Shown here piece by piece: positions 1-12,540 of a stretch of 64,000 bases of DNA. The position numbers and the translations under genes were made by a program. Every line of letters starts with the position of its first letter. Positions within the stretch are counted from its first letter, which is position 1. Source of the stretch: Octopus sinensis (taxonomy: Eukaryota). The notes below the pieces were generated by a model that was not told where the DNA came from, made no database searches, and saw nothing but the letters and a program-made list of their open reading frames with translations. Location of the stretch: the NCBI RefSeq assembly GCF_006345805.1, contig NC_042997.1:129952001-130016000 (forward strand). The letters are read 5' to 3'.

Positions 1-220
1 ATAATTATTATAAGTATTACTGTTCAATGACTTACTATATCTCCCTAATCTTGAAATCCTCGGGCTCCAAACAAAAGAAAAGCCTATACTTAGACTTAGA
101 AATTCTTACTCAAGTGGAGAAAGGTACATTGCCATTCATGTCAAGAATGATTAACAATGCTGAGTGTCTGCATACACTGTAGATATATTTTACATGTATG
201 AGGACAACGTATGAGTGTTA

Positions 221-299
221 ATATATATATATATGTATATATATAAATCTATAAATCTGTATCTATCTATATATATATATCTGTCTGCCTGTTTGTCTG

Positions 300-360
<61 letters not shown>

Positions 361-362
361 AT

Positions 363-417
<55 letters not shown>

Positions 418-470
418 TTATTTATATATACACACACACACATGCACACATACATGAACACACATGTATT
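221..470. repeat. Compound (AT)n/(CTAT)n/(AC)n microsatellite
   Basis: Directly visible. Similar compound tracts occur at 1161-1265, 3290-3480, 9760-10080, 17400-17760, 18022-18240, 19940-20270, 24400-24770, 27625-27925, 45640-45818 and 62676-62790. They generate most ORFs in the track. Confidence 0.95.
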
Positions 471-1171
471 TAAATATATATGTGCATACACCCTATTTTC
501 TATAATTTGATCAATATTTGCAATTCTAGGAAATAGAAATAGAAATAGCAGTTTTTGTTTCCCTAAGTAGGAAATACCAATTGTCTAATTTTAGTAGTAA
601 GTTAAACTAAGGGGAAAAAATGTTGTGCTGAGTTGAAATAAAATTAGAGCAAAAGAAATTCTCAATTTCGTTGAAAGAATGGAGTTTTCCCTTGAAGACA
701 TTTCATTCACAAAGTATTAACAAAGTGCAATAAGATTTTGTGAAATTAGTATATTTATCCAAATGAATAGTAGACGAAAGGAATGTGGTGAAAATTCTGT
801 AGATAAAAAGTGAAGAAGGAAGAAGAGAAGTTGGTATAAAAAGACAGTTTTGATATGGTAGAGTGTATTAAACAAGTTTAAATAAAACAGGAAGACAGTT
901 TGATAAGGAAGCAAATAAGGTCAGGAAGACTTTGAGTCCATTGTAAAGACTAACAGTTTTTTATATATATATTTATGTATATTACTTGTTTTTATGTTCC
1001 TATGTATATATTTGTTTTTGTATACATTTGCTTCTATATATGTGCATATGTGTATTGCTACGTTTGTGCTTCAATGTATATGTATGGTTATGTGCTATAT
1101 TTCCTTGCATCTGACTGTGTGTTTATGTGAAAAACAAGTATTGTGTCAGGTTGTTATATACATATCATCAT

Positions 1172-1212
<41 letters not shown>

Positions 1213-1232
1213 GCAGCACCACCACCACCACC

Positions 1233-1265
<33 letters not shown>

Positions 1266-1266
1266 T

Positions 1267-1719
1267 AGTCAAGTCTGACTGGCACCCATGTTGGGCAATA
1301 TGCTGTGCTTGTGAAAACCTATTGAACTGAGTGAAATTGTAGTCATGGCCGATGCCAGTGCTGTCTGACTGGCACCTGTGCCGGTGGCATGTAAAACACA
1401 CCATTCAAGCATTAGGCCTCATGGAAGAAGTGACAGGTGACCAAGACCCTTGGCAATATACTGTGCATGTGTTGACCTGTCAATCCAAGTGAGACCATAG
1501 TCATGGTTGATGCTGGTGTCAAGTCAATGGCAACCATATCAGTGTCACATAACAAACACCCACTGCATTCTCAGAGTAGTTGATGTTACGAAGGGTATCC
1601 AGCCAAGAAACTTTAAAAAGTCAGATTGGAACCTGGTGCAGCCCCCAGTTTACCAATTTTCAGCCAAACCGTCCAACCCATGCCAGCATGGAAAGCAGAC
1701 AGTAAATGATGATGAAGAT
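1267..1719 (+). mobile_element. Degenerate orphan 3' tail of the RTE family
   Basis: GTGCCGGTGGCATGTAAAA units, then AAGGGTATCCAGC...CCAACCCATGCCAGCATGGAAAG and a (GAT)n end, matching the tail of the coding copies. Confidence 0.75.
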
Positions 1720-1847
1720 AACGAAAGCTCACCACTTTATGGATGTGAAATCACTCTATGACCAGACATATATTTTTAACAGCATGTAAATACATTATTG
1801 CTCTATCCTTTAGGATGTGTTTCTTTCTTGGAAATATGATCCACTGA

Positions 1848-1920
<73 letters not shown>

Positions 1921-1924
<4 letters not shown>

Positions 1925-2140
1925 ACGAAAAAAAACAAAAGACGAAGACAGGTGGTGTACAAAACAAACAGATGTATTAGTATAATGCTCAGGAATAGAA
2001 AAAGTCTTTTACGTTTCGTGCCTACGCTCTTCTACAGAAAGGGACACAGAAAAAAACAAGGAGAGAAACAAGGAGAGAAAAAAAGGAGAGAAAAAAAAGA
2101 GAGAGAAAAGGAGAGAAAAAAAGGAGAGAAAAATATATAT
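1921..2140 (-). mobile_element. Short interspersed element (Penelope-like terminal-repeat fragment) carrying a hammerhead-like motif
   Basis: Same family as 63765-64000. Flanked by microsatellite and purine tracts. Penelope assignment is inference. Confidence 0.55.
2006..2041 (-). ncRNA. Degenerate minimal type-I hammerhead ribozyme motif (A6U core)
   Basis: Minus strand reads CTTT CTGTAGA A GAGC GTAG GCAC GAAA CG TA AAAG: 4-bp stem I, one mismatch in stem II, palindromic ACGT stem III. Confidence 0.55.
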
Positions 2141-2221
2141 ATATATATGAACAATGAACTTTGCTTGCAAAGGCCTATTGAGGCAAGTGTAAACAAATCA
2201 AAATCGCTGACGTGGCCGATA

Positions 2222-2673
2222 ACAGTACAACCTGATTGGCACTCGTGTTAGGAGAACGTTAAAAGCACATCTGAGCATGATCATTGCCAGTGCCACAGAT
2301 TGGCTCCTGTGCCGGTGATACATGTAAAGCACCATTCAATCTTGATCGTTGCCAGCGTTGCCTTACCGGGACATGTGAAAAACAACATTCAAGCATGGTC
2401 ATTGCCAGTATCTCCGGACTTGCTCCCATGCAGGTAGCATGTAAAAGCATCTTTTGAGCATGGTCATTGACAGAACCGCCTGACTGGCCCTTGTGCCGGT
2501 GGCATGTAAAAGCACCCACTACTCTCTTGGAGTGGTTGACGGCATCCAGCAGTAGAAACTGCCAAATCAGATTGAAGCTGGTGCAGCCTCTGGCTCACCG
2601 GTCCTCAGTCAAAACATCCAACCCATCCCCGCATGGAAAGCAGACGTCAAATGATGATGATGATGATGACGAT
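2222..2673 (+). mobile_element. Orphan RTE 3' tail
   Basis: About five hairpin units, the conserved terminal block and (GAT)n. Confidence 0.8.
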
Positions 2674-2804
2674 ACATATGAAATAACTGAGATTCAGTTG
2701 AATTAGGTACTTAAGTTGAAGCACCAACTCAGTATGGTATTATCTGTACAGCTCAAAGTAAGGTGAATAAAATCAAAATAAGCAATATCCTGTTGCTTAT
2801 TTTG

Positions 2805-2859
<55 letters not shown>

Positions 2860-3312
2860 GTATGTTTACAAACACATACACACACATATATATGCATATA
2901 TACGTATTTCTATGTGTATATCTATGCATGTGTGTCTTTGTGTTTGCTCTTCACCACCACCCTGACAACAGATGCTGCTCTGTTTACATTCCTGTAACAT
3001 AGTGGTTTAGCAAAAGAGACCCACAGGATATATCAGTACCAGGTTTTAAAATATTATAAATACTAGTGTTGTTTTGTTTGACTAAAAATTTTCAAGGTTC
3101 CAGCATGGCCACACTCATCATTATCCTTTTAGTGTCTAGTTTTCCATGCTTACAGACAGAGTTTATAGAGGCAGACTTTCTATGGGCTGAAGCATTTTCT
3201 GTTGCCAACACTCTCTTTTTTATCAGTAAGGTTATATTTTCCAATGCTTAGACATGTTTTTGTAGAATATATTGAAAATTAATCACACACACATACACAC
3301 ACACACACAGAT

Positions 3313-3481
<169 letters not shown>

Positions 3482-3511
3482 CTGGCTGGATGAATGGATG
3501 TAGGATATAAA

Positions 3512-4395
3512 TACAGTCTGTGGTGAATAAATTGTCATCTAGACTGCGCAAAAATGAAAATAACACTGACATCTCATTTTAACAGATATATTTACCAAAA
3601 TTACATAAAATTATCTTGAAATAAAAAAGAGTAGATTTATTCAATAAAATCGCCATTGGCTTTAACCACAGCCTCTAGATAACTTTGGAATCTTCTGCAA
3701 CTCTTCTGGACAGTCTCCTTGTTTAATTTAGTGAATGGTGCCATAATCCTTGTCTTCAGTTCTTCTTTGGTGTTACAAGGAGCTTTGTTGGTCTCTTACT
3801 GAACAGCGCCCCATATATAATAATCAAAGGGGTTGCAGTGTGGGGAGTTAGGTGGCCAGGTATTAGGGGTGATGTAGTCACAGAAATTATCTGACAGCCA
3901 TGACTGGATTTTCTTGCTTGTGTAGCATGGTGCGGAGTCCTGTTGCCAGACATAGGGTCTTCCAGCAGCCACCCTCATAACCAAAGACAGCACTACCTCT
4001 TCCAGGCACTTGATGTAGGTCTCCGTGTTGAGTCTGAGGCGGTGAGGACAGATAAATGGAAGCATAATGTCAGCATCACTAGTGATCACTTGACTGGATG
4101 CTTGATTTTTATCGCTCTTGGTACATGTCCTTAGATTGCACTGACCTCAGGTTGACACCTAAATACTCCAAAGTGTTCATATTGGAGCTTCCGGTGTGAA
4201 TGCCAAGCAGTAAAGCATATCGTTTCCAAATTTCTGGCAGAGTGAATTGTATCATGGTGCTGTTTTCTTCACAGATGGTACCCATCTGACCCTACCAAAC
4301 TGTGTAGTCAACAAAATCAAAAACAAACAAGGCACATGCATGAAATTGAAAATATAAAATAGCACCAATTTACCCATCACCCATCCCACCCTGTA
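3512..4395 (-). mobile_element. Internally deleted Tc1/mariner-superfamily element, maT (DD37D) type
   Basis: Both ends read TACAG...TAAATTG inward (degenerate TIRs, TA ends). Transposase remnants lie inside. Confidence 0.75.
3637..4255 (-). pseudogene. DD37D transposase remnant (N-terminus joined to catalytic C-terminus, frameshifted)
   Basis: WQQDSAP...WPPNSPHCNPFDYYIWGAV has exactly 37 residues between the last two Asp. C-terminus ...EAVVKANGDFIE* ends at 3637; N-terminus MIQFTLPEIWKR starts at 4255. Confidence 0.85.
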
Positions 4396-4403
4396 TGTAT
4401 ATA

Positions 4404-4472
<69 letters not shown>

Positions 4473-4550
4473 GGGGGGGGAGAAAGAGAGAGAGAGAGAT
4501 AGCAGTAGCTCATTCCATCTCATATATATATATATATTATATATATATAT

Positions 4551-4985
4551 TATAAATTAAAGATAAAACCACTATTATGCAATTCGAACAATGATAGACA
4601 GAAACCAAAACATAAATAACAAAGAAAATATATTTTTATAAAACATATAACTAGATCACAAAAAATATAAAAAGGAATAATCAATATGTAATAAGTAAAA
4701 AAAACTACGCAATTCGAATTTAATTATAGCCATGAAATGTACGTAGTTTTTTACTTATTATATATTGATTATTCATTTTCATACTTTTTATAATCTAGTT
4801 ATATGTTTTATAACAATATATTTTTTTAAATTTTATTTATGATTTGGTTTATGTCTATCATTGTTTGAATTGCATAATAGTGGTTTTATCTCTAATTTAT
4901 ATTATATATATATATATATATATTGTGAAATTTGATTTAATACTAAACTGAATTTTTCCTTGTAAGTTTGGAGTTATACTCCCTA
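4551..4985. repeat. Element with a ~160-bp inverted repeat (4551-4709 / 4742-4901)
   Basis: Arms are reverse complements with scattered mismatches around a 32-nt spacer. The right arm plus extension recurs at 28592-28832. Confidence 0.8.
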
Positions 4986-4990
4986 ATATC

Positions 4991-5025
<35 letters not shown>

Positions 5026-5142
5026 GAGTTGCAAAATTACTTATTCAACAAAGTATATTTAGAAAATTAATTGTAAAGCAATTACTTATGAGAGTGCTCA
5101 ATAAAATTAATGTTATACAGCTATGTACATATAGCAGTCAAA

Positions 5143-5231
5143 CTATGAAAATAGTTTGTAGCAGAAATAAATCAAAACAAACATGAATACCACCAGGGTC
5201 AGGAAACCATGTTTCTGCAATGAAGCTGCCC
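5143..5231 (-). CDS. Candidate terminal exon encoding a hydrophobic C-terminal tail (GPI-signal/tail-anchor-like)
   Basis: Acceptor tgtttacag|GG, then GAASLQKHGFLTLVVFMFVLIYFCYKLFS*. No partner exon was confirmed. Confidence 0.25.
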
Positions 5232-5763
5232 CTGTAAACAGTCCAACAAGTCATGTTATCAGCCAGAACAGAATTTATTTATAGCTCTAAAACATTAATT
5301 TATGAATTAGCTTCATAGTAACTGCTTCAGAACTCATTTTCTTCGAGTATTTTGATAAATGACTATATTTGTGACTCCAAAGATATTGTGCTTGTTATAT
5401 CTGTTTATTTACTCTTGAGGGTTAACTACCACAAAATACTGGTAAGGCTTATCTATGAAGTTTCTCTAAAACATTTAAATCTCCTGACTTGACTGCTGCT
5501 AATATATTTATTATGAATACATACACATTTCTTGTTATTCAATTCAAGCTAACACAACTAATTGAACTGTTTATAGAGCCAAAAGAGGATACATGGTTTT
5601 GTACCCCAGTCATACGTATATAGAGTTTGGTGTGTTTATGTTTCCAGCTGGGTTTTTTTTTTGGTTGGTTAAACCACACACACATACACAGAGTCACTCA
5701 TATGCACTTAAACACATGGACAAACATACTCTCAATGTGTTGTGATTGCATTATGATAGATGG

Positions 5764-6179
5764 TATATATATATAAAGCTGAAGTTGTCTGTGTGTGGCA
5801 GGTTTGGTAGCCTTCAACTAACACTATCTCCTCTGAGACCCTGCAGTGCAAGTTGACCAATATTGAAAGTTTGATAGAAGAAGGCTTGCTCTTCATTCCG
5901 TAGATGATAAAATTCAAATCAGACCATGTTAAGACCAAAAATTATTTACATAAAAAAGATGTATAAAAAAAGGTGTGTTTACATCAAAAAGGTGTTAAAA
6001 AATCCCCATTTTTTACGATTTTTTTTACTACTGTGTCGCCATTTTTTAGTGTATTTCAACCAAAAAAAATGTTCACTTAAAGAGAATAACAAACTACATA
6101 ATACAAAAGTTTTACTTTTCAAAAATTCCAATTCTAAATGGTCAAAACAAACCCGAGCAACGCCGGGCGATACTGCTAG
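5764..6179 (+). mobile_element. Non-autonomous Helitron
   Basis: 3' end is CCCG-AGCAACGC-CGGG hairpin, 8 nt, then CTAG followed by T: the canonical Helitron 3' terminus. 5' boundary is approximate. Confidence 0.65.
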
Positions 6180-6778
6180 TAAATATATATATATAAAATA
6201 ATCATCATCATTTTGATCATTTAACATCTGTTTTCCACACTGGCATGGGTTTAATGGTTTGACAGGATCACTCTGCTGCATTGGGTGCCCATGTTTGCTT
6301 TCATATAGTTTCTACAGTTAGATGCCCTTCCTAACACCAACCACTTTATAGTGTATACCAAATGCTTTTTTTCATGACACCAGCACTAGTGAGGTTACTG
6401 AATAACTTGCAAGACAGTGAAAAAAATAATAATAAAGGAAAAAGCCCCCTAGAATGGTTGGGAGTGTATCGAGAGAGGGGGAGGTGACTCTATTCTATGA
6501 CAGAGGGACTAGTACATATGTCTTGCTATAGAAGAGATACACAGCTACTTTGCATTATAAAAGGGTGGGTGGTAGAGGAGGAAGGATTACAAATATGGTG
6601 GAGTAAGATAGGGGCTGTGCATGTGTTTTAGTGTGTGTGTTTGTGTCTGTACAAATGTTTACATTCTGCATTTTCAAAGATGAGTAGGATGAAGACTCTC
6701 TTATGAGAAAAATAGGTAAGGGTTAGCAATAGAAAGGACATCTGGTTGTAAAGCAATGCCTCAATATGTATTCCATGC

Positions 6779-6992
6779 AAGGTGGTGAGCTGACAGAAAT
6801 GTTAGCACGCCAGGCAAAATGCTTAGCGGTATTTCATCTGCCGCTACGTTCTGAGTTCAAATTCCTCCAAGGTCGATTTTGCCTTTCATCTTTTCGGGGT
6901 CGATTAATTAAGTACCTGTTGTGTACTGGGGTTGATCTAATTGACTGGCCCTCTCCCCCAAAATTTCAGGCCTTGTACCTAGATTAGAAAAG
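6779..6992 (+). mobile_element. tRNA-derived SINE family C (Meta/MESC-like core) with long TSD
   Basis: B-box GAGTTCAAATTCC and core GCCTTTCATCTTTTCGGGGTCGAT. AATATGTATTCCATGCAAGG is duplicated at 6763-6782 and 6993-7012. Confidence 0.85.
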
Positions 6993-7222
6993 AATATGTA
7001 TTCCATGCAAGGATGGAAAGTGGACATAAAACAGATATGACTGAACAAATGAACAAAACATAAATATTACTATATTTTCATAAGTTAAAGTTTCATGTTA
7101 AACAGAGCATTCATCAGACAAATGTGAAAATTTTCTTCCAAAGCCATCCATCTGAAGAACACTCCATTTAGCATGAAACTTTAACTTGTGCAAAAGTAAT
7201 ATTTATCTCCTAAACAAAAACT

Positions 7223-7445
7223 GCGACCTGTTCACTGACAAAATTCCGTGCTGCATTTTGTCAGTGAACTGGTCATGATCTTAAAGCAACGAAAATATTT
7301 TGGCAAATTAAATTTATATGTTGAAGTGAATCTAACTGTTTTTGTGTGTTTCTTAAATGGCTTATAAACACCTTCCACACTGCAATTGTTTTTGTTCCAG
7401 TACATGATCTCAGATCAGGTCACTTGCTATGCAAGTACATCTCCG
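7223..7445. repeat. Interspersed repeat with a 20-bp hairpin; inverted second copy at 31669-31866
   Basis: GACCTGTTCACTGACAAAAT-10 nt-ATTTTGTCAGTGAACTGGTC (one mismatch). The downstream part is the reverse complement of 31669-31830. Confidence 0.7.
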
Positions 7446-7849
7446 TAATATTTAATAGTAAAATATTGCCAATGTTTAATATACATTTCTACCAAATTTA
7501 CCTTTTTTTGTTCAAATGCCCTCAAGATCAGCTTTATCTTTCATCCTCTTGGAACCGATAAATTAAGTACCAGTTGAACACTGAGTTGATGTAATTAACT
7601 TACCCCTGCCCCGAAATTTCTGCCTTTGAACCAAAATTTGAAACCAATATTTAGTATACATGATAGTGCGTGCAACCTGCCAAAACTTTATGGATCATAA
7701 CCATGTCTAAGCATAAAGAGACATATGCCATCAAAAGTGAGAGCTTCTTTACTTATATCATTTATAAGAATGATTTAATGATAGAAAAATATAATTAAAA
7801 GTTATGACATTTTTACAAAAATGTTACAATATTATTTACAAAATGTAAG

Positions 7850-8257
7850 ATAGGCATGGCTATGTGGTTAAGCAGCTCACTTTGCAACCACGTGGTTTTA
7901 GGTTCAGTCTTACAGCATCACACTTTGGGCAAGTGTCTCTTGCTAAAACTATAACCTTGAGCTAACCTATGTCTTGTGAGAGAGTTTGGTAGATGGAAAC
8001 TATGTGGAAGCCCATCATATGTATATAATACCGTGTGTCTCTTAGTGCTTCTTTGCCTCTCCACCTCCATTGTTTGATGACCAGTATTGGTTGGTTTACA
8101 TCCCCATTACTGAGCAGTTTGGTGGAAAGACTGATGAAATAAAGACCAGGCTTTAAAAATAAGTTGATGGTAGCAGGGTCAGTTTGATTTGTTTAAAACC
8201 CTTCGAAGTGTTGCTCCAGAATGGCCACAGTCCAATGACCGAAACAAGTGAAAGATA
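7850..8257 (+). mobile_element. Diverged tRNA-derived SINE family A (CORE-like)
   Basis: A/B boxes, CACTTTGGGCAAGTGTC core and a 3' end ...GAAACAAGTGAAAGA. Confidence 0.7.
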
Positions 8258-9759
8258 CAAAAAATTTGTATGAAATTGTCATTATTCCAAAAGTTCCATG
8301 AAAATTTTCTAGTTTTCTATCTTTACCAGTATGTTAAGTTTATTTCTGTTTCTTTGTCTTACTTATAACAACATAAAACTAACCTTTTACTCCAACCTAC
8401 ACCCTTTTTAATTCTCACGCTATCACTCATCACTTACTCTTTTTGTTTGCCATCCCAGGTTGTGTGATAAAAGAACTCATCCTTCCACTCACTTTGATAT
8501 ACTTCTGTTATCAATCTCTGAATCTCTATTTGCTGTTTGACAGCCTCCTACCTCCACACTAACATATTTGCATGACTGCAAATAAATATACATTGCTAAT
8601 TATTATATGTGGATACACACACACACACACATGCACATGCACATGCACACACACACACACACACTAACCTTCCCCACCTCTACATGCATACACATGTATG
8701 TGTGTTTAATACATACATATGTGTGTGTGTGTGTGCGCACGCATGTTATATTAGCTAAGATTCTTAATATAAACAGTATGAAATATGCATTTGATTTGTA
8801 AACAATCTGAGAGAGAGTGAGTGCGTATGTGTGAGAGAGGGAGAGAAAGAAAGAGAGAGAAAAATAACAATGAGTCTATGGATGTGAATCAAATTACACA
8901 TTATACATTTACCAGATAAATGTGCTACTCTGCACAACAGTGAACCCACATCTAAATATGTTTTACATTAACAGGTTTAGCTATAATTCAGTAACATATC
9001 AATAACTTATAACTTGAATAAAGATGAAATATCTTATAATGAAAGACATCCATAGAAATAACCTTATTTTGCAGAGTTAAGTCCCAGAGCAAATTTTGAA
9101 GTTGTGAAATTTTTGTTGCCAAGACAAGAACTAGAGGTTATATATTTGTAACTTAGTTCGAGAAAGGTGGACTAAAGAAGAACTGAAGGAAGTCTAAAGG
9201 AGGGAAGAAGAAGGGCTAAAGAAGGGCTGAAAAATCTTGAAAGGTATAAATGATAGGAATGATGAATTGTTTTTCTGTTAAGCTTGAGATCTGTGATATT
9301 AGTCCTGATATATTACATACAGAATTGTTTACAAAATGTATAACAAAATCATTATCCTCATTGTTATGGTCATCGTCACCATCATCATTGTCCTCATCAC
9401 ATCTGCTATCACCATTGAAGTATGGAACAGGCGATGGAAACTTTGCTTGACTGAGAGGGCAAGGGTCCTAAAGATTTTGCTTGACCTGGCAGTGTGGGCT
9501 TCTTAAACCCCAAAAAGGAAATGTTTAGATAGTACCCTCATAAGAAGAAATTCATGTTGAAGACATGGGATTTTTCACAGGCTGACTAGCAAATGGAAAC
9601 TGCATATAGTGACCATTTTCAGACACAATTCGAGCCAGCCAAAGAAATATAACTCCATTGAGCCCAGAGGGAATGTTGCTTTGTAGAACTTTGTTTCAGG
9701 TTTTTTTTTCACAACCCCGATTTACCAAGATTGTATTCTTATCTCCAATAGCAGAGAGG

Positions 9760-9808
<49 letters not shown>

Positions 9809-9817
9809 TAGAGAGAG

Positions 9818-9866
<49 letters not shown>

Positions 9867-9898
9867 TAGATAGGTAGGTAGGTAGGTAGGTAGGTAGG

Positions 9899-9942
<44 letters not shown>

Positions 9943-9955
9943 TAGACAGACAGAC

Positions 9956-10033
<78 letters not shown>

Positions 10034-10554
10034 ACAGACAGTCAGACAGACAGAGTGACAGACAGACAGATAGATATGTATATGCACATGCATATATATG
10101 TACATGCAAATATATGTACATATTTAAAAATTTTTAATCAGCAGAGTAAGTAAAAACTGAGAGTTCCAGCAAATTTGACTTCAAATCTGAGTGCATTTCT
10201 AATGTAGAGCAAATTATTCTTTTGGAAGATCTTTGAGAACTGGGAATTTCCAGATAGTCAGCCCATTAAAGGAGGTGCAGTCAAGAGAAGAGACAGAATG
10301 GGGTTACAAAATAAAATAAAATATAATAAAAAAGCACAAGTATATATTTATGTACTGAATTATATTTCCCCTGTTTGTCCTCCCAAGCCTATCTGTCTGT
10401 CTGTCTGTCTGCCTGCTTGCCTGTCTGCCTGCCTTCCAGCCTGCCTGTTTGTTTGTCTGTCTGTCGATCTGCCTAACTGTCTATCTATACATATATATGT
10501 ATGTACATATATGTGTTCATGCATATATATATATATATATACATACATATATAT

Positions 10555-12529
10555 ATGAGATGCAGTTTGGGTTTGTACCAGGGAAAAGTACTACTGATGC
10601 TATATTCCTGGTAAGGCAGCTGCAGAAGAAATACCTAGCCAAAGATAAGCCCCTGTACCTGGCTTTTGTTGACATGGAGAAAGCCTTCGACAGGGTCCCC
10701 CGATCCCTTATCTGGTGGTCAATGAGGAAACTAGGGATAGATGAATGGTTAGTGAGAGCTGTGTGGGCCATGTATAGGGAAACTGCTAGTAAGGTGAGGG
10801 TTGGCAACGAGTACAGTGAAGAATTCCGGGTAGAGGTAGGGGTCCACCAAGGCTCAGTCCTCAGCCCCTCCTATTTATCATAGTCCTCCAGGCAATAACA
10901 GAGGAATTCAAGACAGGATGCCCCTGGGAGCTCCTCTATGCTGATGACCTTGCTCTAATTTCTGAGTCGCTATCAGAACTGGAGGAGAAGTTTCAGGTGT
11001 GGAAACAAGGCTTAGAATCGAAGGGCCTCAAAGTCAATCTAGCTAAAACCAAAGTACTAATAAGTAGGAAGGTAGACAAATCACAAACGCCTTCAGGTAG
11101 ATGGCCCTGCTCAATCTGTAGAAAAGGTGTAGGTAGAAACTCTATAAGATGCACCAAGTGTAAGCTATGGACACATAAGAGGTGCAGCAATGTCAAAGGA
11201 AGGCTAACTAGGAAGATGGTTTTTGTATGTGGCAGATGCTCAGGAGCAATAAACACTGAAAATGCTCTGAGACCAACTTCCGTCACTTTCCAGGGAGAAA
11301 AACTAGAAATAGTTGATAGCTTCCGTTACCTAGGTGACCAAGTCAGCAGCGGGGGGCGGGTGTGCTGAAAGTGTAACTGCTAGGTAAGAATAGCTTGGGC
11401 AAAGTTCAGAGAGCTCTTACCTCTGCTGGTGACAAAAGGCCTCTCGCACAGAGTGAAAGGCAGACTGTATGATGCGTGTGTATGAACAGCCATGCTACAT
11501 GGCATTGAAACATGGGCCGTGACTGCTGAGGATATGCGTAAGCTCGCAAGAAATGAAGCCAGTATACTCCGATGGATGTGTAATGTCAGTACTCATACTT
11601 GGCAGAGTGTAAGTACCTTGAGAGAAAAGCTGGGCCTAAGAAGCATCAGTTGTGGTGTGCAAGAGAGACGTTTGTGCTGGTATGGTCATGTGGCGAGAAT
11701 GGCTGAAGATAGTTGTGTGAAAAAGTGCCACACCCTAGCGGTTGAGGAAACCTGCGGAAGAGGCAGACCCAGGAAAACCTGGGACGAGGTGGTGAAGCAC
11801 GACCTTCGAAGTTTAGGTCTCACTGAGGAAATGACTAGAGACCGAGACCTCTGGAAGTGTGCTGTGCGCGAGAAGATCCGGCAGGACAAGTGAGTCCATA
11901 ACCCGTGGCCTTCTACATGGGATGGAGCCAGCCTACGTATGCATACCTTCCCTTCTTGGGACACAAAACTCTACTTGTGAAGACCTGTTGAGACAAGTGA
12001 GGATCAGAATCGAAATCGATCAATGGAAATTGCAGATATGTTACCAGTGCCGGTGGCATGTCGAAACTCTACTTGTGAAGACCTGTTGAGGCAAGTGAGG
12101 ATCAGAATCGAAATCGATCAATGGAAATTGCAGATGTGTTACCAGTGCCGGTGGCATGTAAGAGAACCTTCCGTTTCGCGACCGTTGCCAGCGCCGCCCT
12201 GACTGGCCTCATGCCGGTGGAACGTAAAAAGCACCATCCGTTCGTGTCCATTGCCAGCCTCGCCTGGCCCTCGTGCCGGTGGCACATAAAAACCACCATC
12301 CGTTCGTGGCCGTTTGCCAGCTCTGTCTGGCACCTGTGCGGGTGGCACGTAAAAAGCACCCACTACACTCACGGAGTGGTTGGCGTTAGGAAGGGCATCC
12401 AGCCGTAGAAACACTGCCAGATTTGACTGGGCCTGATGAAGCCTTCTGGCTTCACAGACCCCAGTAGAACCGTCCAACCCATGCTAGCATGGAAAACGGA
12501 CGCTAAACGATGATGATGATGATGATGAT
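10555..12529 (+). mobile_element. 5'-truncated RTE LINE, subfamily 1 (frameshifted RT, PHD finger, 3' UTR array)
   Basis: EMQFGFVPGKSTTDAIF, FVDMEKAFDRVP, YADD and PHD at 11108-11239; several indels, TGA at 11483, (GAT)n tail. Confidence 0.95.
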
Positions 12530-12540
12530 ACATATACATA

